Source of the DNA: Felis catus
Taxonomy: Eukaryota
DNA: 64,000 nucleotides
Assembly (NCBI RefSeq): GCF_018350175.1
Contig: NC_058369.1
Coordinates: forward strand, 14,696,001-14,760,000
Reading direction: 5' to 3'
Shown: piece after piece, positions 1-12,069 of the stretch
Layout: each line of letters opens with the position of its first letter
How positions within the stretch are numbered: the first letter of the stretch is position 1
Position numbers and translations under genes: made by a program
Notes under the pieces: generated by a model
The model's input: only the letters and a program-made list of their open reading frames with translations
Told to the model about the DNA's origin: nothing
Databases searched by the model: none

Positions 1-1429
1 AGCTCGCGGCTGCTGGGCCAGCCCACTCAGCCCCTGGGACGTGTGTGTTTGTGCGGGGAGGCGCCAAAGGGTGACCCTCAGTAGAAAGGCCCTGACCCTC
101 GGGGCGTTCACCGGCATGGAAGCAGGCGGAAAAGAACGACAAAGACAAAACATTAAGCGATGAACTTGGGCATGGGAATGCCGCGGAAAAAAAGGGCACA
201 GTGCTATGTGGGGCCGGCCCCACGCCAGGAAGGCTGCGGTCACTTCAGGCTCTTCTCACTGTGGAACGGGAGGTGGGTGTTACAGTTCTCGCTTTACACA
301 GGGTGAACTGAAACCCAGAGAGAAGCACCCGTCCGAGATCTCTGATCCCGGACCTGCCTGTCCTAACCCCACAGTCACTCAGCTCCTTGTCGTTCATCCC
401 TGGAGAGGAAGTGAACAGTCACGTTTTTTACCTGCAGGCCAAAAGGCAGCTGGACGTTTGGGGAGAGACGTCACACTCTCTCCAATTTCCCTCCATTTTT
501 TGGTCCCTCATTGGAATCTTTCATTGTACTGACCTGAAGCCACCAAGCCCATAAGTTTGAGCCCCTCCCCTGGGACAAGGCTTGTTGGGGAAACAAGAAA
601 CTTGATTCTCTCAGGAGAGAAAGAGGACCCAGCCCATGTTTGCAGTCAAAGAGAGTGGACTTCTCTTTCTGCCGCCCTTAATGCTGCTCCCTTTCCCTCT
701 CTTTCCAGCAGACACGTGCCTGGGATCAAAGGGGAGACTGGCTGGACCTCAGTGCCCATGGCTCCAAACATGCCAGTGTCATCCAAGGCAGGCCCAGAGA
801 GTGGTGGTGGAGTCACTGATAGTAACTGCTGACCCAGGGCAGCTCTCCCTATCCAGATCCTGGCAGTTAAGGGTCAGAAGTGCTACTGTGCTTCTAAAAG
901 TGTGTTCTGAAAGAAGTCCTCACTGTCACCACACTCAGCTTGCAGGCAGGCATAAAGAGACAAAAAGCAAAAAGCACTTGAAGTCACTTGCTCACAAACT
1001 GCTCCTGCTCCTCTTAAATGCTTGCTATGATCAAAGTGCATTTCAACCTAATTTTGGTCCTAGTATGTGAGGGCCTGTAAACACCAGACAACAGAGCTCT
1101 CAAACCAACCTCCACAGACAAGTAAACTCACCCGGCGGGTCTAGCCTCACACTCTGAAAACCAAAGTAGTAGACAGAGACACAGGGGTAGAAAGTAGAAC
1201 CGTTTCTAGAAGCAACCTAGTACTTGCTATTATGGTCGCTAGCATTAACAAGCCATAACAAAGAAGAACATATGTCGGATCCTACGCTGAGCTTTTTATA
1301 GATATTAGGTTCCCGAGCCTAAATGACCACACCAAGGAAGGATTCCAGAAAAAGGAAATAACCTGCGTCAGGGTCGCACAGCAAGTCAGTAGTAGGGCCA
1401 GGGTTTGGACACCCAGAGGGCAACGCTGG

Positions 1430-2480
1430 GGACTCAGGCCCAGCAAATGGGAAGCCCGGGATGGAGTGGGGACCTACACAAACGTCGTGACTGCGACCCG
1501 CCGCAAGGTTCGACCGAGTCCAGGGTCAGGCTCGTGCCCGAGCACTTACCGGGGTGCAGGTGAGCGCGCAGTGCGCGTGCACGGACCAATGCCCCGAGAG
1601 GACGGTGAGCGCGTGCGCGAGGCAGATGCTGGCGAGCACAAGCAGTGCGGCTTCGGGTATCTGCACCCAGCTGCTGCCCCAGCCCCAGCAGCCGGCGGCC
1701 GCGGCGCCCAGCCAGGCCGGGTAGAGCAGACCCGCGAACGGCAGCACCGTGAGGCGCCGCAGCAGTGCCAGCCGCCGGTACGGCCACACGGCAGCAACCA
1801 GCTCGTCACCGCTCGCTATGAGCGCCGGCCCGGCGGCGAGGAGGGTGCGCGGCTGCGGCCCGGGCTTGGGCTGCCCGCCGGGCCGGGCCCCGCAAGGCCT
1901 GGCCCCGCAAGGCACCGCGTTGCCCACCGCAGCCGCCGCCGCCATCTTTCCCAGCGCCGCACTCGCTTCCGGGCAGAGGCACCGCCTCACTTCCGACGGC
2001 TTACTTCCGGTGAACCTTGGGTGCCGCCATGGCAGCTGGGGCTAGGAAGAGCGGGACAATTGCAGAAGCTGCGTCCGGAAGTTGTTACTCCGGGCGCCGC
2101 CATGACAGGCTGAGGCCGGAAGGAGAGGTAGGGCGCGGCCATGACAGAGAAAGTCTTGAAAGGGCTAAGGCTGCCCCCGCCGCCCTGCCACGCCGGACTG
2201 AGACCGGAAAAGACGAGGCTAGGCGGGCTGGGCCCCACCATGACAACTAAACCGGAACTGGGGAGCCCTTGTCCTAGGCTACCGATCAAGGGCCTGTTTG
2301 CGTATTAGGGGCGGAGCCTGGGCATTGCGGAGGCGGGGCCAATTACTGGAACGCAGGCATTCTGGGGGCGAGGCCAGGATCCGCCGAGGGGGCGGGGTTT
2401 GTCACGGGGGTGGGGCTTGTTAAGGACCGGGGTCTTTGGTTGGTCTCGGCGCCGGGGAGGTCCCTCCCTAGGGGTCCCGG
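1430..2480. promoter_or_regulatory. CpG island and promoter of ATP13A1
   Basis: High GC and CpG content, several ETS-type CCGGAA/TTCCGG sites, YY1-like GCCAT cores and GC boxes (GGGGCGG) upstream of the ATG. Confidence 0.9.
1550..1945 (-). CDS. ATP13A1: ATP13A1 (P5A-type ATPase) coding exon 1; the rest of the gene lies left of the window
   Basis: Translation [19 protein letters not shown]...[14 protein letters not shown] matches the recalled ATP13A1 N-terminus. ATG at 1945, 396 nt, ending at a CCG|GTAAGT donor (plus strand acttac 1544-1549). Confidence 0.96.
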
Positions 2481-2919
2481 GGGAGGGCAGGTGCTGACAG
2501 GCATACAGAACACAGCCACAGCTCACCAGAGCGATCATGAAATAATGATTACACACACGTGTTACTACTTTAACATAAATATACGAAAAATTGTTTATTT
2601 GAGATTACGTATGTTGTGTAATGTTTATTCTACTATTGCTTGAGCAAAACCACAATAGGGCTAATTAACAGCGGCAATTAGTAGTATTTGGTAGTACTAC
2701 AAATAAAAAACATTGTTTCTCAAACAATATGTTTGAGAAAAATGTATAACAACGCTTTTATGTTTCTTTCCTCTCACCTAAAAATTTATTTGAACTGCTT
2801 TTTAAACTCTTTATAGGATATTTATATTTGTAGGTTGTATTGATGCATATTCTTAGGGTAGTAACTGTAAGACTTTGTAAAAGGAGAACATAATAAATGC
2901 AGTAGGACTTCGTTAATAT

Positions 2920-3116
2920 TCTTTTTTTAATTTTTTTTTTTAATTTTTGAGAGAGCGTGAGTGAGCAGGGGAGGGGCAGAGAGAGAGGGAGAGAGGATCC
3001 CAAGCAGGCGCTGCGCTGTTAGCTCAGAGCCAGATGCAGGGCTCCAACTCACCAATTGTGAATCATGACCTGAGCCGAAATTTGATGATAAATTGACTGA
3101 GCTACCCGGGCGCCCC
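2920..3116 (-). mobile_element. CanSINE (SINEC)
   Basis: Reverse tRNA-derived head (cgggcgcccc), (GA)n tract and T-rich tail. Confidence 0.9.
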
Positions 3117-3729
3117 TTTAGTTAACATTGTATATTTAATGAAAGTAATGATGACGTTTCTTTCTGTCCCATTACACAGTAGAATATCTTTACTCTTTCA
3201 GTTTTCTTTTCCAATAATACTTATCTGAGTGGACTGCAACCCTTAGGACAGCTTTTTGTTTTATATAATGATAAAACGAATGCAGTCAAAGGTGATATCA
3301 CTGATTTGCTTCCCTGCTTTTATCAAGCCCACGGATTACTCAGATTCTTGGTGTCATTCTAATGTGATAACATGAAGCTGAATATTGTCTCGACTAAAGC
3401 CTTGCAGAATGGATTCTACTTGTTAGGTTTTTGACTTGGATAGTTTCTAGATCTTGAAAATAGGGTACGTTTGTTTGTTCTGAAGACCCTATTCGTCACA
3501 GGTCTTTGCATCTATAAATTCATAATACATTGCTATCTGTGTCCAAAATGTTCATTATTTTTGAACACTCTAGAGCACATTGGATGTCATCGTAAGTTAA
3601 ACCTCCCTTTCTCAGGGACAATGATATTAAGCACATAGGTAATTTGAAATTGTGATATCAAAGCTAGACTCCAAATAGCTACTTTATTCAGAAAGAAACT
3701 GAGAATATCCTGCTAAATTTGTTGATTTA

Positions 3730-3771
3730 ATTTTTTTAATTTAAAAAAATGTTTAAATTTTAGAAAAAAAT

Positions 3772-3804
<33 letters not shown>

Positions 3805-3821
3805 TGAGTGGGGGAGGGGCA

Positions 3822-3881
<60 letters not shown>

Positions 3882-4004
3882 CTTAAGCAGGCTCCACGCT
3901 CAACACAGAGCCCAACGTGGGGCTCTACCCCACGAGCCTGGGATCATGACCTAAGCTGAAGTCAAGAGTCGGAAGCTCAACTGACTAAGCCACCCAGGTG
4001 CCCC
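3730..4004 (-). mobile_element. CanSINE with expanded (GA)n microsatellites
   Basis: SINEC body with long GA runs at about 3773-3875. Confidence 0.9.
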
Positions 4005-4076
4005 TTGACTGCCCATTTCTGAATACATTTTGAATTCTGAATCAGTCCTTATTGCAAAAAAAGTGAGTCTTTTTTA

Positions 4077-4290
4077 GGGGCACCTGGGTGGCTCAGTTGG
4101 TTAAGCGTCCAACTTCAGCTCAGGTTACGATCTCACAGCTCATGGGTTCCGGCCCCACAACAGGCTCTGTGCTGACAGCTCAGAGCCTGAACCCTGCTTC
4201 AGAATTTGTGTCTCCCTCTTTCTCTCTACCCCTCCCCCGCTCACACTCTGTCTTTCTCTCAAAAATGACTAAATGTTTAAAAAAATGAGT
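4077..4290 (+). mobile_element. CanSINE
   Basis: ggggcacctgggtggctcag head and A-rich tail. Confidence 0.9.
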
Positions 4291-4529
4291 GGTTTTTTTT
4301 TTTTTTGCCGTATGAGGTTTTAGGAGCAGTCACTTCATACCTGTCTGGGCTCCTATGGCTTCTTCAAAGATCATCGGAGAGTTTTAGAGAAACAGTACCT
4401 AAGTTTCTGCTTTACTAGAATTGTTTTCTCCACTCTAATCTTCAATGCATTTCCAAATTAGAGGACATTTTTCTTTTGTCTATTTTGAAACTGATATTAT
4501 GATGGTCAACTAAAAAAAAACACCTTTTT

Positions 4530-4952
4530 TTCAAAGTTTATTTCTTTTATTTTTTTTAATTTTTTTAACGTTTATTCATTTTTGAGAGACAGAGACAGAG
4601 CATGAGTGGGGAAGGGGCAGAGAGACAGGGCATCACAGAATCTGAAGCAGGCTCCAGGCTCTGAGCTGTCAGCACAGAGCCTGACGCGGGGCTCGAACCC
4701 ACAAACTGTGAGACCATGACCTGGGCCGAAGTCAGACACTCAACCAACTGAGCCACCCAGGCGCCCCTATTTCTTTTATTTTGAGAGAGAGAGTGTGTGA
4801 GAGAGAGAGGGAGAGAGAGAGAGAGGAGAATCCCAAGCAAGATCCACACTGCCAGCACAGAGCCCAAAGTGGGGCTCGAACCCATGAACTATGAGACCTT
4901 GATCTGAGCCAAAGTCAAGAGTCAGATGCTTAACTGACTGAGCCACCCACGC
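4530..4952 (-). mobile_element. Two adjacent or nested CanSINEs
   Basis: Two reverse SINEC bodies ending at about 4768 and 4952. Confidence 0.85.
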
Positions 4953-4954
4953 GT

Positions 4955-5525
4955 TTATTAGAACGGTTTTAGGTTCAAGCAAAATTGAGAGAAGGGTACA
5001 TGATTTCCCATATATCCTCTGCCACCTCAGATATATAGCACCCTGATTAGCAACATCCCTCACCAGAGTGATACATTGTTACCAATAATCCCAGGGCCTG
5101 TAGTTCATCTTTGGGTTCACTCTTGGTCCTGTACATTTTATGGGTTTGGACACATACAGAATGAATGTATCCATCATTACAGTTTCATACAGAGTAGTTT
5201 TACTGCCCTACAAGTCCACTGTGCTCTGTCTCCTCATCTCTCCTTCTCTCACCTCCTGGGAACCACTGATCTTTAGTGTCTTCCATAGTTTTACCTTTTC
5301 CGTAATGTATCATTGGAATCATACAGTGTGTCCCCTTTTCTGATTGGCTTTTTCTGCTTAGTAATATGAATTTATGGTTCCTCCGTATCTTTTTATGACT
5401 TTATATCTCACTTCTTTTTAATGTTGCATAATATTCCATTATCAGTTTGTTTATCCATTCACATACATCTTGGGATTTTCAAGTTTTGAATTATGAGTAA
5501 AGCTGCTATAAACATCTCTGTGCAG
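4955..5525 (-). mobile_element. Old L1 (L1M-type) 3' end fragment
   Basis: ttttaggttcaagcaaaattgag and tggaatcatacag...ataatattccatt...gctgctataaacat motifs typical of L1M 3' UTRs. Confidence 0.7.
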
Positions 5526-6221
5526 ACTGTTTGCTCATTGATGGCTACATGGTGACTTCTAATTAATTCTCGACTTTATTGAGATGTAATTGACACATAT
5601 CATTGGGTAAATTTAAGGTGTACAATGTGATGATTTGGTGTATGTATATATTGCAACATGCCTACCACAATACAGTCGACACCCTTTTAACCCTTTACCT
5701 CACCATTTTTTAAGTTTATTTATTTTGAGAGAGAGAGAGAATCCCAAGCGGGCTCCGTACTGCCAGCACAGAGCCCAATGTGGGGTCAACTCACAAACCG
5801 TGACCCAAGATCATGACCCAAGTCAAAGTCGGACACCTAACTGACTAGCCACCCAAGCGCCCTTCACCATTTTTTTGTTGTTGTTACAGTGAGAACATTA
5901 GAGCTCTACTTTCATAGCCACTTTCAAGTATACAATATTGTTAATTATAGTCACCATAATGTATACTAGATACTCAGAATTTACATCTTATAACCGGAAG
6001 TTTATATTCTAACCGACATCTCTCCATTTCTCCCACTACTTGGCCCCTGGCAACCACCATTCTCTCGAGTTCCATGTCTTTAGGTTCCGCACGTAAGTGA
6101 GATCATACAGTATTTGTCTTTATCTGTCTGACTTATTTCACTTAGCATAATGCCCTCAAGGTCCACAGGTCCAACCATGTTTCTACAAAAGGCAGGATTT
6201 CCTTCTTTGTGACTAGTATTC

Positions 6222-6485
6222 TAATACATATATTAGAATATTATATGTTAATATAGTTATATTAATATTATATTATATTAATATATAATATTTTATATTA
6301 TATATATTATATAACTATAATATAGTTATATTAATAGTTATATGTTAATATAGTTATATTAATATATAATATATATTATATAACTATAATATAGTTATAT
6401 TAATATATTAATATAGTTAATATTAATCTATACATATATAGAATATTATATATATATAATCTCACATTTAGCTTTATATATAATA
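6222..6485. repeat. AT-rich low-complexity repeat
   Basis: Iterated aatatagttatatt-like units and TA runs. Confidence 0.9.
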
Positions 6486-8211
6486 TTTTCTTTATCCATT
6501 CATATGTTGGTGGACACTTAGGTTGTTTCCATGTCTTGGCTATTATGAATAATGCTGTCATGAACATGGGTGTGTAACTATCTCTTTGAGCTAGCGATTT
6601 CATTTCCTTCAGACATATGCCCAGAAATGGGATTGCTGGTAGTTCCATTTTCAGTGTTTTTGAGGAGCTTTCATACAATTTTCCATAGTGGCTGTATCAG
6701 TTGACATTCCCACCTACAGTGCACAAGCGTTCTACTTTCCCCACGCCCTTGCCAACATTTGTTATCACATGTCTTTATTATGATAGTTACATTAACAGGT
6801 GTGAGGTGATATATCAGATCGGTTTCAATTTGCATTTCCCTGATGATTAGTGATGTTGAGCATCAATTGGCCATCTCTATGTCTTCTTTGGGAAAATGTC
6901 CATTCAAGTCCTCTGCCCGTTTTTAAATTTATATATGTTGGATATTAACCCCTTGTCATATAGATGATTTGCAAATATTTTCTCCCGTTCCATGGGTTGC
7001 TTCTTCATTTTGTCATCTCTTTTGCTGTGCAGAGCATTTTGGTTTGATATAGTCCCCCTTGTTCATTTTTGCTTTTGTTGATTGTGCTTTCGGTGGCGTA
7101 TCCAAAAAATTATGGCTGAGACCAAAGTGGAGGAAATTATTCCCTAGGTGTTCTTTTGGAATCTTTATGGTTTTGGGTCTTGTTAAGTCCGTAATCCATT
7201 TTGAGTTAATTTTTGTGAGTGGTGTAAGATAGAGGTCCAATTTCATTCTTTTCCCTGTGGATAGCCAGTTGTCCCAGCACCATTTACTGAAGAAACTATC
7301 CTTTCCCTCTTGATTATTCTTGGCTGCCTTGACAACCATTAGCTCACTGTGTATGCGGGGATTTATTTCTGGGCTCTTGTTTCTGATCCATTGGTCTATG
7401 TGCCTGTTTTTATGGTAGTTACCATACCATTTTGTTTACTGTCACTTTGTAGTATAGTTTTAGATCAGGAAGCATGATGCCTCTGCTTAGACCTTTTTTA
7501 GGATTGCTTTGGCTATCTAGGGACTTCTGTAGTTCCACACAAATTTTAAGATTTTTTTTCTATTTCTGTGAAAAATGGCATTGGAATTTTGATAGATATT
7601 GCATCAAATCCCTACATGGCTTTGTGTAGTATAGACATTTTAACAATAAGTTTTCTGATCCATGAACATGGGCTCTATTTCCATTTATTTGTGACTTTAA
7701 TTTCTTCCATCAAAATCTAATTTTGATATGTTGGATATTAACCAATATCTAAAGCTCTAGGCAGAGCTTTTACTTCTTTAGTTACATTCGTATCTAGGCA
7801 CTTTGGTATCTTTGATGCTGTTGTAAATGGGATTATTGTCTTTTTCAGCTAGTTCACTGTTGGTGTGTAGAAATGCAACTGAATTTAGCATGCTGGTTTT
7901 GTATTTTAAAACTTTCTGGGTGGCTTAGTCGGTTAAGCGTCCGACTCTTGGTTTTGGCTCAGGTCATGATCTCACGATTGGCGAGTTGGAGCCCCACACT
8001 GGGGTCTGTGCTGGCAGCGCAGAGCCTGCTTGGGATTCTCTCTCTCTGTCTGTCCCTCCCCGCTTGCATGCACTGTCTTTCAAAATAAACATTTTTTTTT
8101 AAGTCTTAAGCAAAGGTAAGTTGGGATGACATTGTCTACCTTTCCAGCCTGATACAGGAAATCTTTCTTTCCAGTTATTTTAAGAATAGCAATTAAAAAA
8201 AAAAAAAACTT

Positions 8212-8460
8212 GGGGCGCCTGGGTGGCGCAGTCGGTTAAGCGTCCGACTTCAGCCAGGTCACGATCTCGTGGTCTGTGAGTTCGAGCCCCGCGTCGGGCT
8301 CTGGGCTGATGGCTCAGAGCCTGGAGCCTGTTTCCGATTCTGTGTCTCCCTCTCTCTCTGCCCCTCCCCCGTTCATGCTCTGTCTCTCTCTGTCCCAAAA
8401 ATAAATAAACGTTGAAAAAAAAATTTAAAAAAAAAAAAAGAAAAAAATAATAATAATAAA
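8212..8460 (+). mobile_element. Young felid SINE (SINEC_Fc type)
   Basis: CpG-rich intact body, long A tail and aaaaaaaactt target-site duplication. Confidence 0.95.
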
Positions 8461-8764
8461 AAAAAAACTTTACATCTCTCTCTCCATCTGCCGCTTGGCT
8501 GCTCATGCTCTCTCTCAAAAATAAACATATAAAAAAAACTTTTCTGAATGTTTTAGTTCTAACAGTTTTTTGATAGTCTTTAGGATTTTCTATATACAAG
8601 ATCATATTATCAACAGATGATTTTACTTCTTCCTTTCTGATTTGGCTGTCTTTTGTTTCTTTTTCTGGCTTAGCTGGGCGAAACTTCCAGAATTATGTTG
8701 AAAAGGAGTGGTGAGAGTGGGCACTCTTGTCTTGTTCCTGATTTTATTTTTTAAATTTATGCTT

Positions 8765-8986
8765 ATTTTTTTTTAATTTTTTTCAACGTTTATTTATTTT
8801 TGGGACAGAGAGAGACAGAGCATGAACGGGGGAGGGGCAGAGAGAGAGGGAGACACAGAATCGGAAACAGGCTCCAGGCTCTGAGCCATCAGCCCAGAGC
8901 CCGACGCGGGGCTCGAACTCACAGACCGCGAGATCGTGACCTGGCTGAAGTCGGACGCTCAACCGACTGCGCCACCCAGGCGCCCC
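8765..8986 (-). mobile_element. Young felid SINE inserted in the tail of an older SINE (about 8990-9130)
   Basis: Near-identical to the 8212 copy; atgcttattttt occurs on both flanks. Confidence 0.95.
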
Positions 8987-10419
8987 ATGCTTATTTTTGA
9001 GAGAGAGGTAGAGAGAGAGGGAGACAGAAGATCCAAAGTGGGCTCCGTGCTGACAGCACAGAGCCCAATGCAGGGCTTGAACTCACGAACTGTGAGATCA
9101 TGACCTGAACCAACTGAGCCCAGGTGCCCCTCGTTCCTGCTTTTAACCTTTCACTAATGGGTATGATGTTGGCAGTATGTTTCTCATATACAGCCTCTAT
9201 TATGTTGAGGTGTATTCCTTCTATACCCAACTTGAATGTTTTCTATCATGAAAAAATGTTGAGTTTTATCAAGTGCTTTTTCTGCATCTGTTGAGATAAT
9301 CACACAATTTTTGTCTTTCATCCTTTTAATGTGGTATATCATATTTTTTGATTTGTGTGTATTGAATCATCTTTGCATCCCAGGGAGAAATCCCATTTGG
9401 TTATGGCATATGATCCTTTAATGTCCTGTTGAATTTGGTTTGCTAATATATGGAGAAATGTTGCGTCTATATTCATCAGGGATCTTGGCCTGTGTGCACA
9501 TATATACTGGATGGGCGGCAAAACAATACTCCAGGCATTTCTTAGTTTAATTTACACATTTATTTCTTAAGTTAATACACAGTACCGTGTCACATTTGAT
9601 AGATTCCATGCTTCTGTGTTCTGGTACTTAGCACAATGCCTGGCCCATTGGGAGGATCAGTTAATATTTACTGACAAACACCCATGAAGGTTAACAATAT
9701 TGATTCATTCTACCTAACTGAAGTTCCTTGAGTCATAGATTTTTAAATAGTTTTCAATGAACATATTAAATTAATAACTTGTTCACGTCAATATTTTCAA
9801 TGATTCCTCTGTGCTGTCTTTCAAATAATATTTTATTTCACATTTTTAAAAAGTTAATTTATTTTGAGAGAGAGCTGGGGGGGGGGGGCGCAGAGAGAGG
9901 GAGGGAGAGGGAAAATCCCAAGCAAGCTCCTGGGGGTCAGTGCAGGGCCCAAAGCAGGGCTTAATCCCATGAACTGAGAGATCATGGCCTGAGCCGAAGT
10001 CAGATGCTTAACTGACTGAGCCACCCAGGCTCCCCCCAACATTTACATTTAAGGATACTGCAATGGACATAGCAAGTTCTCTGGCTTATGGAAGGGAGAA
10101 ATCTACTCCAAAGACTCTGGGCAAAATTTGTAACTAAGAAATAAAAATATGATGAAAGCCAACTTCCCTTCAGCGTTGTAGAAGTTAATAACAGGGGAGC
10201 CTGGGTGGCTCAGTCAGTTAAGCAGCCTGAACTCGGCTCAGGTCATGATCTCAGGGTTCATGAGATCGAGCTTCCCGCGTCAGTTCTATACTCATGGCAT
10301 AGAGACTGTTTGGGATTCTCTCTCTGCCCCTCTTCTGCTTGTGTGTGTACTCTTTCTCTCTTAGAAAAGAAGTCAATAATGTACCTTGTTGTGTCTTATG
10401 CAACAGAATATTTCCCTAC

Positions 10420-11484
10420 TGTGTTAAGAAAAACAAACAAACAAACAAACCCAGAGCGGGACAGTAGTAGTTAAAGCAGTAAAAGCAAGTTTTATTCAGG
10501 AATTACCGCAATAGGGGGAAAAAGAGGCCTCAGTATAGAACTGGGACCCATCCCCAGTACAGCACAAAGTGGGGGTTTATAGCCAAGGAGCAGGGTTGGG
10601 GTCAGTAGATGGAAAACTACTAAGGAAACCTCAGGGATGGCAGGATTCTAGTTAAACAGATCTAACAGGATTCTTGCTGTGGGCAGGCCAGGGTGGTCAG
10701 ATGCCATACAAAGGAAAACCCAGTCACTTCCGCTTACATTTATTAAAGGATGTGATAAAGGATACACGATCAGTTAGATGAAGAGATACATGGAGTGAGG
10801 TCTGGGAGGGTCCCGAGCACAGGAACTTGTCCCCATGGAGTTGGGGTACCTCACGCTCCCAGTGTGGATGTGTTCACCCATATGGAAACTCTCTGAACCC
10901 CATACTGTTGGGATTTTTATGGAGGCTTCCTCACGAAGGCATGATAGATCATTAACTCCACTTCCAGCCCCTTTTCCCTTTCTGGAGGATTGGGGAGGGG
11001 GTATGGAGCTGAAAATTCCAAGCTTCTAATCATGGCTTGGCCTTTTGCTAACAGTCAGAAAGACTCCCCTCTGGGAGTCATCCAGGAGCCCATCCAGAGT
11101 TGCCTCATTAGAACAAGACATTCCTACCACCCAGGATATTCCAAGGAATTTAGGAGCCCTGAATCAGGAACTGGGGTTAAAGACCAAATATTAGAAAACG
11201 AGATGCTCCTAGTGTCTTAACACTTAGGAAATTAGAAGGCTTTCAGCAGCCTGTGCCAAGAACCAGGGACAGAGACCAATATGTATTTTCTATTATTTCA
11301 CAGACACCAAAGGTGGGGTGTGTGTGTGAAGAATGTTATGAGATATTGAGGGTGGGGAGTTCTCTTTAAACTGACTTGGCAAGGTTCTTGCTACAACTGG
11401 GTGATGCAGGCCAGACAAGGGCAGGCTGCAAGGTCCAGACCTAGAGGAGAACGACTCAAGTTCAGTCAGGGAGAGTCTTTGTCA
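10420..11484 (-). mobile_element. MER31-like LTR with a nested LTR
   Basis: The right end reads tgacaaagactctccctg on the minus strand, like the recalled MER31 start. The body is split by another LTR. Confidence 0.65.
10702..11302 (-). mobile_element. MER21-like LTR nested in the MER31-like LTR
   Basis: Minus strand starts tgtgaaataatagaaaatacatattggtctctgtccctggttc. The internal segment gatgaagagatacat...gggagggtcccgagcacagga is MER21-like. Confidence 0.7.
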
Positions 11485-11499
11485 TTGGCTATTGTGAAG

Positions 11500-11785
11500 C
11501 CAGTTAAATTGTGGTATCATTTTGAGACCGATCATCCAGAGTTTAAAGAAAAAGGAATTGAATTATTCTAAGTATAGATATCATGGCTTTCTTTAAACAT
11601 CAAAAATTATTACAGATTCCCAAACTAGACATGAAAAGGCTACTGAAGCATCCTTCAGGTTTTAATTTCTAGTAAGGTATGTATCAATCACTATAAGACA
11701 CGTCAACAAAAAAGCCTCTGGGGGCATCCCTCCCCCACGCTTTTAAGAGTAAAGGGTTCCTGAGAACCAAGTGGGAAAACCACTG
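11500..11785 (+). mobile_element. hAT-Charlie DNA transposon 3' end remnant
   Basis: aacaaaaaagcctctggggg...ttttaagagtaaagggttcctgaga...aaccactg resembles the recalled Charlie1 terminus. Confidence 0.5.
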
Positions 11786-12069
11786 TGAATTATCCCCAGC
11801 CTTACAGGTGCATTTCTTGCACTGATCTCAAGAAGAGCCATCGAGAGAAAATCCTAAGCACCTCTCTGTATTAGCCCTTGGCCAGGCCTACATGTTTTGG
11901 TTTTTTTAGGCCAGGAAGCTGGTGTCTGGGGACCTGAGGGACTTTTGGGCACAGTTTTGCTTTTTCCCTCTCTTTTCTCATTTTTTCTGTTCTTTCCCAT
12001 CTTTATTTAGTTTGTTAGTACTGTTAGGGGGCACTTTTAGTTAGCATTCCTAGCAAGTGAGTCACTGAG

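Larger units (their letters stand above)
5572..9495 (-). mobile_element. L1 (L1MA-like) 3' UTR and ORF2 remnant, interrupted by SINEs and an AT-rich repeat
   Basis: Minus-strand ORF fragments resemble L1 ORF2: KWCWDNW...MKLDLYLTPLTKINSKWI, TPMFMTALFIIAKTWKQPKCP, MILYIENPKD, GIEGIHLNIIEAVYEKHTANII. Confidence 0.88.

Noticed and set aside
2550..4500. AT-rich stretch with faint hAT-transposase-like peptides and an 11-bp hairpin at 2716-2740
   Set aside because: Too degenerate to call by eye; needs a Dfam search.
6222..6485. Repeat-spacer-like AT array
   Set aside because: Low-complexity expansion inside an L1, not CRISPR-like.
8212..8290. tRNA-like sequences
   Set aside because: These are tRNA-derived SINE heads, not tRNA genes.
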